Shown: piece by piece, positions 24,616 through 37,686 of the stretch
Layout: every line of letters begins with the position of its first letter
Position numbering within the stretch: position 1 is the stretch's first letter
From: Leucoraja erinacea
Taxonomy: Eukaryota
Length of the DNA: 64,000 bases
Assembly (NCBI RefSeq): GCF_028641065.1
Contig: NC_073387.1
Span: forward strand, 38,502,001 to 38,566,000
Reading direction: 5' to 3'
Made by a program: the position numbers and the translations under genes
Notes under the pieces: generated by a model
The model's database searches: none
The model's input: the letters and a program-made list of their open reading frames with translations, nothing else
Told to the model about the DNA's origin: nothing

Positions 24616-25445
24616 CATGCAACCCATGGTTCTATGATATACATAGCATAGAACCATGGTTCTAGCAGACCAGTTGGACGAGAGCTGTCAACATGAACCT
24701 TGATACTCCTGTGGGGCTCGAGGAACAGGAATGATCTCTGTTCTTCACAAGTTTAATGTAGGGTGCCAACCCACCAAATTCCCATCTCATTCCATGAACA
24801 ACTTTCCGCATCGCCTCCAGCCTTGATGTTAGCCAACATCTATTGGTTTTGCTGGTAATATCCAGGTACTGGTGGATTATATTGGGCCATCACTTTGTTA
24901 ACAAATTCTTGCTAGCTTTAGGTAGTGTAGCCCACAGCACAAAATGGACCTGGTTCCCATCAGTATTAAAGTCTACTCATTAATTATTTCCATATAGAGA
25001 GGAATATTCCACTCTTTGCTCTGTACAAAACAATATTATATAGTGCTTGTGAAACTAAATGAAGATGTCTTAAATCTCTTGGTGCATATATAATGCTACA
25101 CATATTACATTTTCTTTATCATAAGGTGCTGAGCAAGCATAAGGTATCTTACAAAATTGCTCATGGATGCAATTATAATTCTCATAATGGACCTCTGAAT
25201 TCTATTTTATTTTATTTTTATTTCTTCTTATGATCTTCTATTTCATTGACTGTAATGGACTATTAATGATGTAGTATCTGCCACGCAGAACATACCAGAT
25301 CATTTTAAATTGTTTAAATTTGATCCGATCCATATATATATTGAGGAATAATTAATAATTCTAATTGATTCAGGCATATAAAGAACTTTGAGGGGATAAC
25401 TCAAAGTTGTATATTTATTAATATTGGATGTCATATTTCTTACAG

Positions 25446-25518
25446 CATTAATTCGCTAGATGTGAATTTGGTAGATATGATGATAGAAAAACCTCAAGTG
25501 AAACCAAATGCATCAATG
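25446..25518 (+). CDS. CDHR2: CDHR2 cytoplasmic exon: INSLDVNLVDMMIEKPQVKPNASM
   Basis: tcttacag acceptor, gtaagt donor; S.NSLD.N.VD motif as in human SVNSLDDNSVD. Confidence 0.88.
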
Positions 25519-26154
25519 GTAAGTTAAAACCACATTGACAATCCATAAAACATTTGTATAAACATATGTAATATCAAAATTAAAACTTCCAAGTGTGACA
25601 AGTCTAAGACACCAGACTAATATAAAAATATTATGTTTCTTTAAATTTGATAGAAATATCAATGTTACTCTGAGATAATTGTATAGCTATAAACAGAGAT
25701 ATGCTGTCGGATTTGTGTATATTTTAGTATTTTTACCATCAAAACGCAACAATGCTGACAATCTCTTTCAATTAAGTAAAGCAAGCTATTTGAAGACACT
25801 GTGCCACCCAGTCCTCTGGGATTCAAGTGTTCGCTCATTATCCCTTTACACTGGTTGAAATGTAGGTCAAGGTTGTGTAAGGTTGTGAATTGGACGACAA
25901 GTTTTTTTCTCCAGTTCTGATATTAAAAGAAATTGGATAGCATCAACTCAAAGCCTAGAAAATGTAGACTCATTAAAATAAATGAAACAAACAATATGCT
26001 GTGATCTTCATGAATAACGTGACAATGTTGCAGTAAATTATTTCACCAAGTTAGGAAGCTAGGTGATGTGGATATCTTTTGGTGTGTTTTTCATAAAGTG
26101 ACGAATATTTGTCTGTTCTTAGTTTAAAAATTCAAATGTTTTTCTTTGTTTAAG

Positions 26155-26289
26155 ATGACTGAGAAGACAATGGGCATTCACACAAATGAAAATGCCAGAG
26201 TTTTGAACTTCGCACCAGATATAGAGAAAGAAAGAGATGGCTGGAAAAGAGGAGTTGACAATCTCACCACCTTGAGCACTGATATTTGA
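26155..26289 (+). CDS. CDHR2: CDHR2 last coding exon: MTEKTMG...DNLTTLSTDI*
   Basis: tttgtttaag acceptor, phase 0, 45 codons ending TGA; class I PDZ-type terminus (human TTDL). An additional small exon before it cannot be excluded. Confidence 0.82.
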   Translation: MTEKTMGIHTNENARVLNFAPDIEKERDGWKRGVDNLTTLSTDI

Positions 26290-27006
26290 GCATCAGATCA
26301 GGGGATTTTTGTCTCTAGCATTTGTTAAATTTTGAAATTTGCACATAAAATCTATTATCAAAAGAAATGTGTTGATAATAGTTAGTGTTGCCTTTGTCAA
26401 GTGGAAAGAGCTTTCTCAAATAATGCGGTTTTGTGAAAATCATTAACATGTCATTCTCACACATGTATTTGTTATATTTGTCTTGACATAATTTTATTAA
26501 TAAATTAGCATGTTTATCTAATGTTATTAATTCCCTCAATGCCCAGTAAACAATTGAGATTGTGGTTAAATTGTAAGATAGCAGCATTTCATTAATGAGG
26601 CCTAATAATAGGACATCGTTACAACCATTGTGATTAATTAAGAAGGACCTTAATCATCATCTGTTCTTCTTGTGGCGATAAAATCTGTAGTTCGTTTTCT
26701 GGTGTTCATTCTGGTTTATCTACATACACATGCTTGACAGTCTGGCTCCAAGTCTTGGTCACTCATTATATCAATACTTGTTAACAGTAATTTCTAACAT
26801 ATTACTATAGGGAAAATTCTTAGCAGTTTGAGTGAAAAATACAAGAGCATTTGGTTGTGCAATGTTTTCAAATAGAGCAAACATAAAATATCAAGTCTTA
26901 AAATCAAAGTCCGTAAAGTTTTGTCACAGAAGGAAAGATGAATATAGTTGACTATGTTGTAATTAAAAAATATTTTGTGTATGATATCCTACTTTTTACC
27001 CAAAGT

Positions 27007-27012
27007 AATAAA
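27007..27012 (+). terminator. Candidate CDHR2 polyadenylation signal (AATAAA); an alternative lies at 26499-26504
   Basis: AATAAA followed by a GT/T-rich tract (tcagttgttctctttttc). Confidence 0.5.
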
Positions 27013-28319
27013 TCATGTTTTATCAGTTGTTCTCTTTTTCAACTTTTATTGGAATAGCACCTTAGAATGAAGACAATAAGATTGGTTATTTTTGGGGTGG
27101 GTTCTTGTCAACATTTTACAGTGCATTTAAAATACATGCCTCAAAAAGATCACTATGATTTGCTGAGCCCCATAATTTATGTGATTTGAGGGTGTCAACA
27201 TGTCTCAAGTGCAGCCATTGAAGCCCAGGAAATCATAGTTCTGTTGTAGGCTTTCACTGTTTCATATCCACTAACATCCGACCTCAATGCACATGGGGCC
27301 CCACACTTCCGTTCATATTTAGAACTATTTCTGGTCTCTATTCCTCTCTTTATGAACCTTGAGTATAGAAGTTGGGAGGTCATGTTGCAGTTACATAAGA
27401 TGTTGGTTTAGAGGGATATAGGCCGAAAGTAGGCAGGTGAGACTTGTGGAGATGGGGCATGTTGGTCGTTGTGGGCAAGTTGGGCTGAAGTGCCTGTTTC
27501 CACGCTGTGTGACTCTATGTCTGCTTGTACAAGCTCCATTGCTCACCAGGTTCATTGCTGTTTTCATTGTTCCCCGACAGTGGTTGCTCTCTAGTCCTTT
27601 CAATAAGCAAAGGAGCAAGACCCAGGAGAGGAAAGTGAGAAAAAGGGCCTACCACTAACTGTTCCAATTGTTACAAGTAACATCTCAGAGACCAGCACTC
27701 AATTGTTTCGGGCAAAATGTATTTCTTTGCATTCTCACCCACTGGGTACTGCCAGGTAGCTTGGAAAGTACAGAAGCATGTTTTGAGAGCCACCAGACAT
27801 CCAAAGTCCCATTGACACATGCCTGACGCTACTATTGTCATGAAGTATGGAATATTGCACGAGGCTGCAAATACCTCAAGAAGGTAGTAACAGGCAAATA
27901 TGGTAAACTCCTTATAATTTACATAACAGGTGAACATTTAGAACAATTCCACTGGGGTACTACGCAGACAGTGGAAACAGATAATGAAAAAATGGCCATT
28001 TAACACAGCTACTGCAGTCTTAAGGGCGGGATAAGTGTCTTTTTGATTGACATGTGATCTATTGTAGGCCAGAATGTATGTAAAATAACTCTACAATCTT
28101 CCACTTAGTTTATACAAAATATTTCTGGCTAACACGCAGGACCCTCTGATCTATGGGAGAAGGGAACAGTTTGGTTGTAGTGGAGAAAAGTGGGTCCAGT
28201 TTCCTGACATAGTGATGGGCCACAATTGCACATCCGCTAACATAGAATATGCTGAATAGAGTTATTCATATCGAGGAACTGTGTTTTTCACACAGACTTT
28301 GAATTGTGCAGCTGATTGT

Positions 28320-28450
28320 GGGGCAGCTCGGCGGCACAGTGGTAGAGTTGCTGGATCACAGCGCCGGCCACCCGGGTTCGATCCTGACTACTTGTGCTGT
28401 CTGTATGGAATTTGTATGTTCTGCCTGTGACCTGCGTGGGTTTTCCTCCC
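28320..28450 (+). mobile_element. HE1-type V-SINE, 5' half
   Basis: Head with gggttcgatcc B box and the start of the V-domain. Confidence 0.75.
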
Positions 28451-28454
28451 CCTC

Positions 28455-28583
28455 TCGAAAACATGGATCGGTGATGTTTCGGGTTGGGATCCTGCTTTAG
28501 ACTGGGTTAGGGGGTGGGTGTGCAGAAAGCTAGAAGGTAGGAGGAGTGGGACGAAGCTTGGCAAGCAATTGGTGGATACAGAT

Positions 28584-28614
<31 letters not shown>

Positions 28615-29325
28615 ATAAGCAAATAGTTGAACAAAGGCCAGAGATTAAATGACGTGTGATAATGAGGAGTTGCAAATTGTGAAGCCAGAGGAATGAATGT
28701 AGATGGAAAGGGAGGAGGAGGGGGGAAGTGGGTACAAGTCCAGGTGGGATGGGGCACAGGGAAGAGAGGAATGAATAAAAGAGTAAGGAAGGGGAGAGAA
28801 GAAGGGGGTTGGTTGGTAAGTTTACTAAATTTGGAGAATTCATTGTTCAAACCATTGGGTTGTAAGCTACCCAAGCGGAATATTGAGTGCTATTCCACCA
28901 GTTTGCCTGTGGCCTCACTCTGGCAATGGAGGAGACCTAAGCCAGGAAGATCAGTATGGGAATGGGAAGAGGAGTTAACATGATTAGTAACTGGGAGATC
29001 TGGTAGGCTTTAGCAAACCGAGTGCAGATTTTGGGTGAAACAGTCATCAAGTCTACTCTTGGTCTGGCCAATGTAAAGAAGGCCACATCAGATACAGTAG
29101 ATGAGATAAGAGGAGGTGCACATGAAAACTGTCTCACATAGATGGATGTGCGGGGAGCAGATATAAGGACAGTGTTATATCTCCTGTGGTTGCAGAGGAA
29201 TGTACCTGGGAAGGGTGTGCTTTTGGTGGGAAGGGATGATTGAACCAAGGAGTGGCGGAGGGAGTTGTATCTAAGGTAGGCAAAATGGTGTGGGGATGGG
29301 AAGATGTGACTGATGGTATCTCTAA
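28455..29325 (-). mobile_element. Decayed Penelope-like element (Cys-rich linker + GIY-YIG endonuclease + 3' UTR), probably Neptune-type
   Basis: Minus strand encodes FPGTFLCNHRR, then LIYCI*CGLLYIGQTKSRL, then LGSLQPNGLNNEFS, with frameshifts. Confidence 0.8.
28586..28614. repeat. Poly-G run (about 29 nt) in the Penelope 3' UTR
   Basis: Direct observation. Confidence 0.8.
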
Positions 29326-32300
29326 TATGCTCCTCCAAAATCAATCAAAGTTAAATTCATGTGATGCGCCTGAGTGAAAATGAAAGTAATGCAACAGCAC
29401 TCTCAATGACATGGCCAATGTCCAACCTCCACGTTGCTAACTCTTTGGAGGACTGTTACAACCAGGGAATGATCCATCAGCCTCAGACTTCTTTTTCTAC
29501 AGCTACAAATGGAAGGTGTTCAATACAGCACAGAGAGAATCTCATTAACACCACCAATCTCTCTATCTATCAACGTGGTAGACATTTTCAATGCTCAACA
29601 AATCTTGGCCAAAGTCCAAAGATGCTGATTGAGTGCTACACTTGCCTCTCATTCTGCTGCTTACAACGGACTGAAGAATGGACTCCCCTCTTCAGCTAAA
29701 TTACAACAGTGACAGTTGCACAATCACGGTAACTCATTATTTACTCCATGTTTACTCGAAGTGGCACTGCACTAAATAATACTGCAGTATTGAGGAACAT
29801 CCTTTCCCTTACACAGGAAAGTAACAGGCTATATCAACTTTGATGTGAGTGTCACCCACTTTCTGCTACTTCACTAACTGCAAGATGAACTCCAGGTCAT
29901 TCTGCTGTGTCAGCAGATAGGTTTCTTTCCGCACGGCATCTGCATCCCTGTGCCAACGTAACATTCATCTCATCTGATGTGAGCTTCCCTCCTGCACAAT
30001 TACTGTTGCAAGTATAGGAAGAAATGGCCACTAAACTCATGATGAGTTAACTGTACTCCTAGCAAGGTTGCCTCTTCAACATAGTGAAGATATTGAATAA
30101 AAACAAATAATAATCCACAAAGTGACCTGGTTTTATGTTTTGCCTGCTGTTGCCGTAAACTTTGCAACACACCACTTGACAGCAGAATGGATGAATATTG
30201 TAATCAAAACAATCTTCATATCAGAGCATTTTAAAGCAAATATAGACCAAAGCAATTCACGATGATATTGCAAACTATTTCACCTGTGCTGAGTTTATAG
30301 ACCATATTATTTTCTTTGTCCACCTGTATCTAGGTATTGCTGTCCCACTGGCCATCACTGACCTGGAAGGGAATTGGCTAGGGTTAGCATGGAAGGTCAA
30401 ACATGAACAGTTCTGATCCTCGATGGACTAGTTTGGAATTGCACCAATGGTAAGAGCAGCACAAGCCTAGACTCCACGGTTAAAGGATAATTGCAAAGGC
30501 ACTGCCAGATTACCAACATTGGGGTTGCAAATGTTATCCTGAAATAGAAACATTCTTTCTCTATGGAACCACTGGCACCCTGGAATCAGGCCATTAGAGG
30601 GCTTTGCAATCTGCTGGAGTTCAGATCACACTCCACTATCATAATATTGAGGATTGTGCCAGCCTCATGATGTGACAACTCCTCGTGCTTTGATGGCTGC
30701 AGTTTGAGCTTCACTGCAGCACACTGACTTTGAGTGACCTCCGCCTGTGCTGCTATGGAAACAAAAACTTCTGCCACTGACTGACGCACAATGGCTGAGT
30801 CTGCATGGAAATACCCATTATTAACCAGTGACACAGGATGAACTCTTAGATAACACACACTCAAACCACCGCCGCATGATATTTCTAACAGGTACTTTTG
30901 GCAGGCTGATGACAGTGCCCAGATCAGCATCTTCCGATCAGTTGCCCCATTGTATCACCATCTGAGTTCTTTGGAACAGCACTGTTGCCCTCCAGGGAGT
31001 TGATGCAACAGTGACCATAGTGGACAGTGGGCAGGCTACAACCCATAGTGCCAGTTTTCATACCACATGGAATTCTTGCACATGCAATACAATCTATATG
31101 TTGTGCACTGCCAAGATCTTCACAGTTAATGACAGAGCTCTGGGGAGTGTTGCGGAGTAGAGGGATCTTGGAGTGCAGGTGCATAGGTCCTAGAGAGTGG
31201 TGACACAGGTTGATAGAGTGTTCAAGAGGAATTGGAATTAGTGCTTTGGGATGACAAGTACAATGATCCAACACGCTTCTACTCTTCCTTGTTGGAGTCG
31301 ACCTCCTCAGCAGCAAAAGAGTACATGGAAAAATGAAGCTGGGCAAGTGGAACCACTGCAATTCTGCAAAGATAATGGTTCAATGGTGCTTTCATTGTCA
31401 CGTGTGTAAAATGCAAACATATAGTGCAATTCATTTCTTACAAACAATCCAGTAGAGTATTGCCATATCTAAGCATATCCCCAATTAGCAAATTGTACAG
31501 AATTAGTCTACTGAACCCGCGTGCAAGAGGTGCCTTGATTTGATGCCATTTATCACACCAAAATAAGGCAAAGGACATTGACATGGCGAGGGAACACACA
31601 CAATGGCGCAAGGGGAGAAGGGATTGAAAGACGAGAAATGTGAATATTTTCATCTTCAACCCTCCTTTGTTTGCGGGCTCAATGGAAGTAAAAGCCTCAT
31701 TCACCAAAAAGCAAGTCAGCCCCTGCTCCTTACAGTTTCCCTCAGCTTATTGCAAGAGACACCAATTCCTTTCTGTCTTCAGCAAGATAGGAGAGTGCTC
31801 ATTATTGTTGCTCAATGTGTTTGCAGGAGACAACTCTAATGGGGACGTGTGCATGGGTATGCATGGTGCAGCAGTGGTAAACATTGCAGTGTTGGCTTTG
31901 TCAGGTGTTTTCCTTTTGTGTAACAGCCTTGAACTTGACCAAGTGGAATGAGGAATGAAGTGAAGAGATTGCTACCTTCACGTGGTCCACCCTGTTTCGA
32001 CGAATGCAATCAACCTGGTGTGCACAAACAGAAGATCAAACAGAACACGTTGTCTTACAACTTTAGGCTGTGCATGCCATACGCAAGAAGAAGAAGGACA
32101 TTCATAGCTTTCCACAAATGGGACCAGACTGTTCATGAATCATTCCTAGTGTTTATCTTTTTGACCAACTTAGCTTTAATTCTGCAGGAGCAGCTGGGTT
32201 GGTCTTTTGATAAAGGTTCGCGTTAGAGGAGTAGAATCTGGTAATTCAACCCATCGAGTCTACTCCGCCATTCAATCACGGCTGATCTAACCCCATTTTC

Positions 32301-33514
32301 ATGCCTTCTCCCCATAACCCTTGACACTCGTTCTCATCAGGACCTTTGCGGTAAGTAAGCTCTCTTTGTTTTGCTCTCCATCTCATCAGAAGAATATTTA
32401 AAACCTTTTAGTGGGTCTGGAGGCTTGCTCCCTCCATGGATGTAGATACAATCAGTCATGGAATTACAAAGTTGCAGCAATGGTTTGAATGAGTGATCAG
32501 TTCTCCTTTCAGAACCGGCACACTGCTGACAATTAGATTAGAATCCATTTTGCAGTTGTATAATATTGTTAAAGGACACACAGCAAGAAGGAAATTGAGT
32601 TTAGAATTTACACTACAAAGTACTGTAATAACTCAGCGGGTCATGCAGCATCTCTGGAGGACATGGATGGATTATTTTGGGTAAGGACCCTTCTTCACAC
32701 TGTTCTTTCAAAGCTAAAATATGTAGACTCTCTTGCACGGGGAATGCAACAGGAAAAATGTGTGCAAATGTAACCAGGGCCCTCTGTGGATAGTGCATCC
32801 TCCATGATCTCTACTCACTTTGAGCATATGTATGACTTATTCCACTTTGAATGTCGCCTTGGACCTTGTACACAGTATAATATCAGATCCCCGGAACCTT
32901 GCCTTAACCTGCTGCTGACTGCCATGAGTTTTCGTATATTGATACATTTTTACCCCATTCTTTTTTCTTTCACTGAAGATCAGAACTGTAAATGTAGACA
33001 ATAAATGGTTGTCCACTCTTTTATGGGATTATTTGTGTTCTTTATGGTGCACATTTTTTCATTTTATTTTCTACACTTTTAGGTCCATTAGTTCACCTGT
33101 CCTGCATATCCGCCTCAAATTAATAGCAAACCTTTTTTTTTTATTCCTCTAGTACAATAATATGCTTCAAAAAAAGTTGCTTCACCAGGTCCACATTACT
33201 AATTCCTCACATCCAACAGAAATACCTTATTTAACATTATTCCAAATTAATCTGTCATATAACTCACATTCCTCCTGTAATTATAATTGTCTAACTGAAA
33301 TCTTTCCTCGTTAGTACCATTTAATATTGCTCGTTCTCCTTACAGCCAGACAGCCGTTTATTCTCTGATTATGTAGTCGATTTTCTTTACATTTATCATG
33401 GTTCAGTACATTAACATACTCTGTACTGGAGACCTTGACATTCCAGAACCTCTGTCTGGTTCTCTCACCAAGTAGTTATTAGCTTCCTCTCTTAATCCTA
33501 AGGTTGCATCTCTC

Positions 33515-33925
33515 CAGAACATGTTTGATGAAAAGCTTCAAACATAAGGAACAGAACCTCATATTTTGCTTGGCAGCTTACAACCCAGCAGGGCATGAAT
33601 GTTGGTTTCTTTAACTTCAAGTAACCATTGCTTTCCCTCTCTCTCCATCCCTACCCCACCGTAGTTCTCCGACTAATTCAGTCCTCCTGATTAATTTGGC
33701 TGATTGTATGGCCTACACCTACCCCTCGGCTGACAATGTAGCATTCATCATTTCCTTAATCGACTTTGGCTTTGATCTGTCATTTTCACACCTTACCCTA
33801 CCATATCTCTAGTCTCCCCCTCCCCTGACTCTCAGTTTGAAGAAGTGTCTCAACCCAAAATGTCACCCATTCCTTCTCTCCAGCGACGCTGCCTGTCCCA
33901 CTGAGTTATTCCAGCAATTTGTGTC
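33515..33925 (+). mobile_element. Penelope-like 3' end (GIY-YIG tail, UTR, degenerate hammerhead motif)
   Basis: EQNLIFCLAAYNP/LQPS.MNVGF-like tail, pyrimidine-rich UTR, then tttgaagaagtgtctcaacccaaaatgtc. Confidence 0.72.
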
Positions 33926-35487
33926 CATGGAGTTTTGTAGACAATAACCTACATTTACAATGCACATTTTATATAAAATATTTCACAATGGTTTTGATAG
34001 AAGATTTAAAACACCTGCAGTTGACTTTAATAATTATCAGTTAAATACCTTTAGAATTTAAATACCTGCAGTTGAATGATGGGGAGGCCAGCTGTGTGGA
34101 AGGAGGGAACAAAGACAGCAATAGTCTTCTTTTTCTGGAATTTTGCTGACCATATCTGTGAAATTCTAGCATACATATGTTGATATCTTGTGATTAAATA
34201 CAATACTGTGGCCCCTCATCCCTGGATCCATGCATATGATTTCAAAGCAAACTGGAGATCAAATTCTGACCCATATTTCATATTAAAAATATTAGCAATA
34301 TTTTAATTACATCATTATCTTTTATTTCTGTTAAACAGCACTTGATTTTTTTTTGTAATAAATATGTTTAACATGTTTGACATCATTATGAAATTGGAGT
34401 GGGAGATTGAGGAAAAAGGGCATTATAAAGTGACTGAGTTCACCATCTTCTGCTTTCATATTGTTATTTTTCTGTAATCGAGTTAGGAGATCAGCAACAA
34501 TATAATCAGGGTATACGAAATAGGCATGTTAGATTTTTATGTTTCTCTCAGTTAATATAGTATTTGTAAATGCCAATATAATTCCTCGCAACTGTGCTAG
34601 TCAGGAAATAGACAGGCCATCTCAGTTACGATGCTTTAAATAAAAATCATTCTTCCATGTTTGCCTCAGTTGAGATAATTATGCAGAGTATTTCAGCATT
34701 TCGCAGTGGATTGCAACCGTATTTTAACTGTCTGATGCATGCTGCAAGATGGCCGTTTATACTTATTGCCAAGTACGATGTCCATGCTGACATTAGCTTA
34801 TTTTCTTGTGGTCTGCAGCTGCTGAATGTTAGCTCAAATGCACATTGCTTGACTAGGTGCAAGTGCAGTCTTAAAAAAGAAATATTTGTTGTTTTTGTTT
34901 GGTTGAAAGTACTTAAAAGTAAAATGTGTTTGTAGAACTCTTTCAGAAGGTACTGTCAAATGTGTTTCCCGAGTCTTGGAGAAACAGAAATCATAGCATC
35001 AGTTAGTGTGAAAAAGGGTGCCAACCCAAAATGTCATCTATCCATGTTCTCCAGGGATGCTGCACGGGTTACACCAGCACTTTGTGTCTTTTTTTTGGTA
35101 AAGCAGCATCTGCTGTTCCTTGTTTCTACAAAGCATTGGTCACTGTGTTCAGATGCTGGGCTTAACATGGAGTCCTGCAAAAAAGGCCAGTCGATTCATT
35201 GTGCTGAAGACTCAACCTCTCCAATGATACAGCAGTCAGAGTTGATGTGTTTTTCTTAAGTAATTACATTACTTACAAAAGTAGTCAATAAAATTAAGGT
35301 AATATGATGTATGTTACATTACGTTAATATTAATTAATGCAGCAAAGTCATCAAGAAAGGTGATGATATCTGTGTTCATATGGAGGTCACTATTTTGAAT
35401 GACATTGTTGAAGGTTAGCATGCAAATGGGGAATAGGAAGAAGCCGGTATAGATCTATGCAGTACATCAGAGGGAACAGTACGGGAT

Positions 35488-35712
35488 ATGCAGCATCTCT
35501 GGAGTGAAGGAATGGGTGGCATTTCTGGTCGAGACCATTCTTCATACTGATGAAGGGTCTCGATCCGAAACGTCACCTGCAGTCTGAAGAAGGGTCCCGA
35601 CCCGAAACGTCACCCATTCTTTCTCTCCAGAGATGCTGCCTGTTCCGCTGAGTTACTCCAGCATTATGTGTCTATCTTCAGTTTAAACTAGCATCTGTAG
35701 TTCCTTCCTACA
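35488..35712. mobile_element. Palindromic Penelope-terminus element containing tandem hammerhead motifs
   Basis: One inverted core followed by two direct cores (35547-35574, 35584-35611). Confidence 0.8.
35547..35611 (+). ncRNA. Tandem minimal hammerhead ribozyme motifs (activity untested)
   Basis: CTGATGA-a-GGGTCtcGATCC-GAAAC-GTC and CTGAAGA-a-GGGTCccGACCC-GAAAC-GTC; all core nucleotides present. Confidence 0.65.
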
Positions 35713-36914
35713 CAGAGGCAGCAGAACAAATCATGTTATTGATGCTTCCCAGCCAGCAGGGCAGTAGAGCTGCATATCAGGAGAATTGCATAAACTTTTA
35801 TCTCATTAACAGCTGGCTGGAATTGATGACAATTTCCATTGGTGTACAAATGTTAAAGTGAAAGTGAACATTTGTTGGAAGAATGTGTCTGTCAACAGTA
35901 TAACATTGGAATGTACTTTTGAAAAAAATACAATCAAAATATAATAAAAGTTAAAAAGAACACCTGTTCCATTTATCCTGTTACAGATTAAATAGCTTTA
36001 GTTCATCTAACCCATTCTAACACACACCATCCACAGAGTTGCAAAAAAAAGACCCATTTAAAGCATAACAAAAATTATGAAAAATTCCTTCTGTGATCCC
36101 TGAAGGCAGTGTAAGCTATAGTGTGAATAGTTACCAATTTTAAGCTTTGACAATACTAAAGTAATACTTCATTGAGATATTCTTTCCTTGCACAATGTTC
36201 ATTTCTTAAGCCAAGATCTTAATCATTGTGAAAGAAATTGGATCTTATGTGAGAAGACCTCATTTTGCACAATCCGCATTGTGTACCTTTTACTGTTAAT
36301 TTAAGCACTCAAAATAATGAATTACTGGCACTATATTTCTGATTGTTGTGACTGATGGTAACACACAAATGGTAGGAATTTTATACTGAATATTCTGAAT
36401 CACTGTTCATTTTAAACAAGTGAGCTTAAAGGAATCAATATTAAAATCAGTTGACTTTATCTAATAACACTCTTTCAAAAGATGAAGCCCTGAAACTATA
36501 AATCATCCCTGCAATTTGAATAAAAACCTTGAGGAGATGCTTTATATACAATTCCAAAATGCCTTATCACCTCTCAGCATGGATGGCAGCTCAAACCAAG
36601 TAAGAAAACAAACACAATCAGATTACAGCATTAGCTGCACTTTTGTCTTTGATATTCAAGCTGTGAGATATAAATGATATATAAAGAGTAACCTCATTAT
36701 CGCCCCAAACTATATTATGTAGGGTTCAAAGCACATCAACCAGTTGCTTCGATTCCCCAACATATCCTTAATACTATTAAAGCAAAACTACGCTATTACA
36801 CATTTGAAGGATGAACAGTATAGATCAAGAGTCAAGAGTCAAGAGTCAATTTAATTGTCATTTGGACCCCTGGAGGTCCAAACGAAATGCCGTTCCAAAC
36901 GAAATAGATAACAT

Positions 36915-37105
36915 AAAATGCTAGAGTAATGCAGCAGGACAGGCAGGCAGCAGCTCTGGAGAGAAGGAATGGCTGAAGAAGGGTCTAGACCCGAAACATC
37001 ACCCATTACTTCTCTCCAGAGATGCTGCCTGTCTCGCTAAATTACTCCAGCATTTTGTGTCTATCTTCGGTGTAAACCAGCATCTGCAGTTCGTTCCTAC
37101 ACAAT
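36915..37105. mobile_element. Palindromic Penelope-terminus element
   Basis: Exact 11-bp TSD atagataacat (36904-36914, 37106-37116); core ctgaagaagggtctagacccgaaacatc. Confidence 0.78.
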
Positions 37106-37437
37106 ATAGATAACATGCTATGATGGTGTTTCTTTTTGCTAACATTAGATAGTCGTTTCTTCAACTTTAACAACAAACTCAGCCAATTCAATTTAGAAAG
37201 ACAGAAGGAATCAATTATAGGAAAAAACAGTTGATTAAAACATATAACTCTTTTAAGGCATGAAACCAAAAAAGCCTAGAAAGAGGTATCTGGAGAGATT
37301 CAATAAATTATTTATGTCTACATAGTGAAATTGCAAAGAGGGATCTTGCTAGTGAGAAAGATTAGCACAAAGCTTAACATTCAAAAGAATGTTAATATTT
37401 AGTTCAGAAAGACAGAATACATCAGTTTGCATGTGGT

Positions 37438-37686
37438 TAAGAAGGAACTGCAGATGCTGGAAAATCAAAGGTAGACAAAAATTGCTGTAGAAACTCAGCG
37501 GGTGAGGCAGCATCTATGGAGCGAAGGAAATAGGCAACGTTTTGGGTCGAGACCCTTCTTCAGACTGATGTGAGGGTGGGAGGGGGGCGGGAAGAAGAAA
37601 GGAAGCGGCGGAGACAGTGGGCTGAGGGAGAGCTGAGAAGGGGAGGAGAAAGCAGGGACTACCTGAATTTAGAGAAGTCAATGTTG
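37438..37686 (-). mobile_element. Penelope-like 3' end
   Basis: Same subfamily as 6121-6520 (terminus, core, purine-rich UTR on +). Confidence 0.75.

Larger units (their letters stand above)
760..26289 (+). other. CDHR2: CDHR2 (cadherin-related family member 2 / protocadherin-24) gene, 3' portion; 13 coding exons, 5' part outside window
   Basis: Thirteen AG/GT-bounded exons splice in consistent phase into one ORF of about 405 codons. It encodes a cadherin repeat (DANDNPPVF, ADND, AKDKG), a membrane-proximal domain, a TM helix and a cytoplasmic tail (PGTNKY..GANP, SINSLD, ending STDI*). It is colinear with my recollection of human CDHR2 and lies tail-to-tail with a GPRIN gene, as in human. 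Confidence 0.9.
27560..29720 (+). pseudogene. Possible highly decayed Harbinger (HARBI1-like) transposase, split by the SINE and Penelope insertions
   Basis: Weak motifs in the expected order: FSPTGYCQ (~27734), FPDIVMGHNCT (28200), HRL*IVQLIV (~28290-28320), RHFQC..CCL (~29580-29665). Confidence 0.3.
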
